Source: an uncultured archaeon (GTDB lineage Archaea > Thermoplasmatota > Penumbrarchaeia > JASLWR01). Taken from it: DNA of 38,064 nucleotides. The stretch is taken from NCBI GenBank assembly GCA_964430885.1, contig CAYSHM010000028.1:1-38064 (forward strand), given 5' to 3'. The notes beneath the pieces were generated by a model. That model was given only the letters and a program-made list of their open reading frames with translations, had not been told where the DNA came from and did not search any database. Shown piece after piece: positions 37,500 through 38,064 of this stretch. Numbering within the stretch: the first letter of the stretch is position 1; each line of letters begins with the position of its first letter. The position numbers and the translations under genes were made by a program.

Positions 37500-38064
37500 T
37501 GATTTTATCAACAGTAGGACCATATCAATACATAGTTAATACAATATGCCAACACCTTTATTTTATAATGATAATATGATAATTACTTGTGAAAGCATCA
37601 ATAAATATCCAATTTTTCAAAATTTTAAAACCTGGAATCTGTAAATGATGGGACCATTAATGCAATTTGATCATAATTATGCTGCGCCCCTGCAATTGTC
37701 CCAATATTTTTGAAATGAAAAAAGAAATGATCGGACTTTCAGATAAAAATGCAATTTTCTTTGCTGTTAATATAATTACTTTACTCCAAATAACAATTAA
37801 TATAAATGCAATTGAAAGTTAAGGTTTCACGTTAACGACTGAAAATTTATTCGATATTGAACGATTTTGTTTTACATATTTTTCATCATAAAAAATGATA
37901 ATTTCCACCATGAATGATGCCAAGATTTAATTAATTTAGAACATTAATTTAAAAACTTATAAACAATTAAATTTTATTAATTTTATAATTATTAATTTTT
38001 TATGAATTCATCATAAAATTAATTCTTACTTCCAAAAATAATAGTGTTATGTTTTATGCGAAAT
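37500..38064. other. Very AT-rich non-coding tract
   Basis: No ORF of 60 aa or more in the track; visibly A/T-dominated compared with the coding regions. Confidence 0.7.

Noticed and set aside
1-38064. CRISPR array, tRNA, rRNA or DGR template/variable repeats
   Set aside because: No repeat-spacer periodicity, cloverleaf, reverse transcriptase or long adenine-variant repeat was found by eye.

Overview
Gene-dense chromosomal window that looks archaeal: archaeal-type GluRS and RPA, TTTATATA-type TATA boxes and GGAGG/AGGTGA ribosome-binding sites. A Thermoplasmatota-like lineage is my inference. The left two thirds hold housekeeping, repair and surface genes: bacterial-type MetK, NnrE/NnrD, TldD/TldE, a MazG-like pyrophosphatase, Ino1, Sir2, RPA, a UbiA-family enzyme, GltX, EndoQ, an ABC-2 transporter and several membrane-anchored surface proteins. 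The right third is all on the + strand: a 988-aa helical-repeat protein, a 2-TM protein, then a tightly coupled four-gene operon (TPR protein, two paralogous DUF4139-like proteins, multi-zinc-finger/TPR protein). An in-frame CHAT-like motif follows that operon, then a lone short serine recombinase in AT-rich DNA. The four-gene operon is the best candidate for an undescribed system. I saw no tRNA, rRNA or CRISPR array. All family calls come from motif recognition by eye, not database searches.
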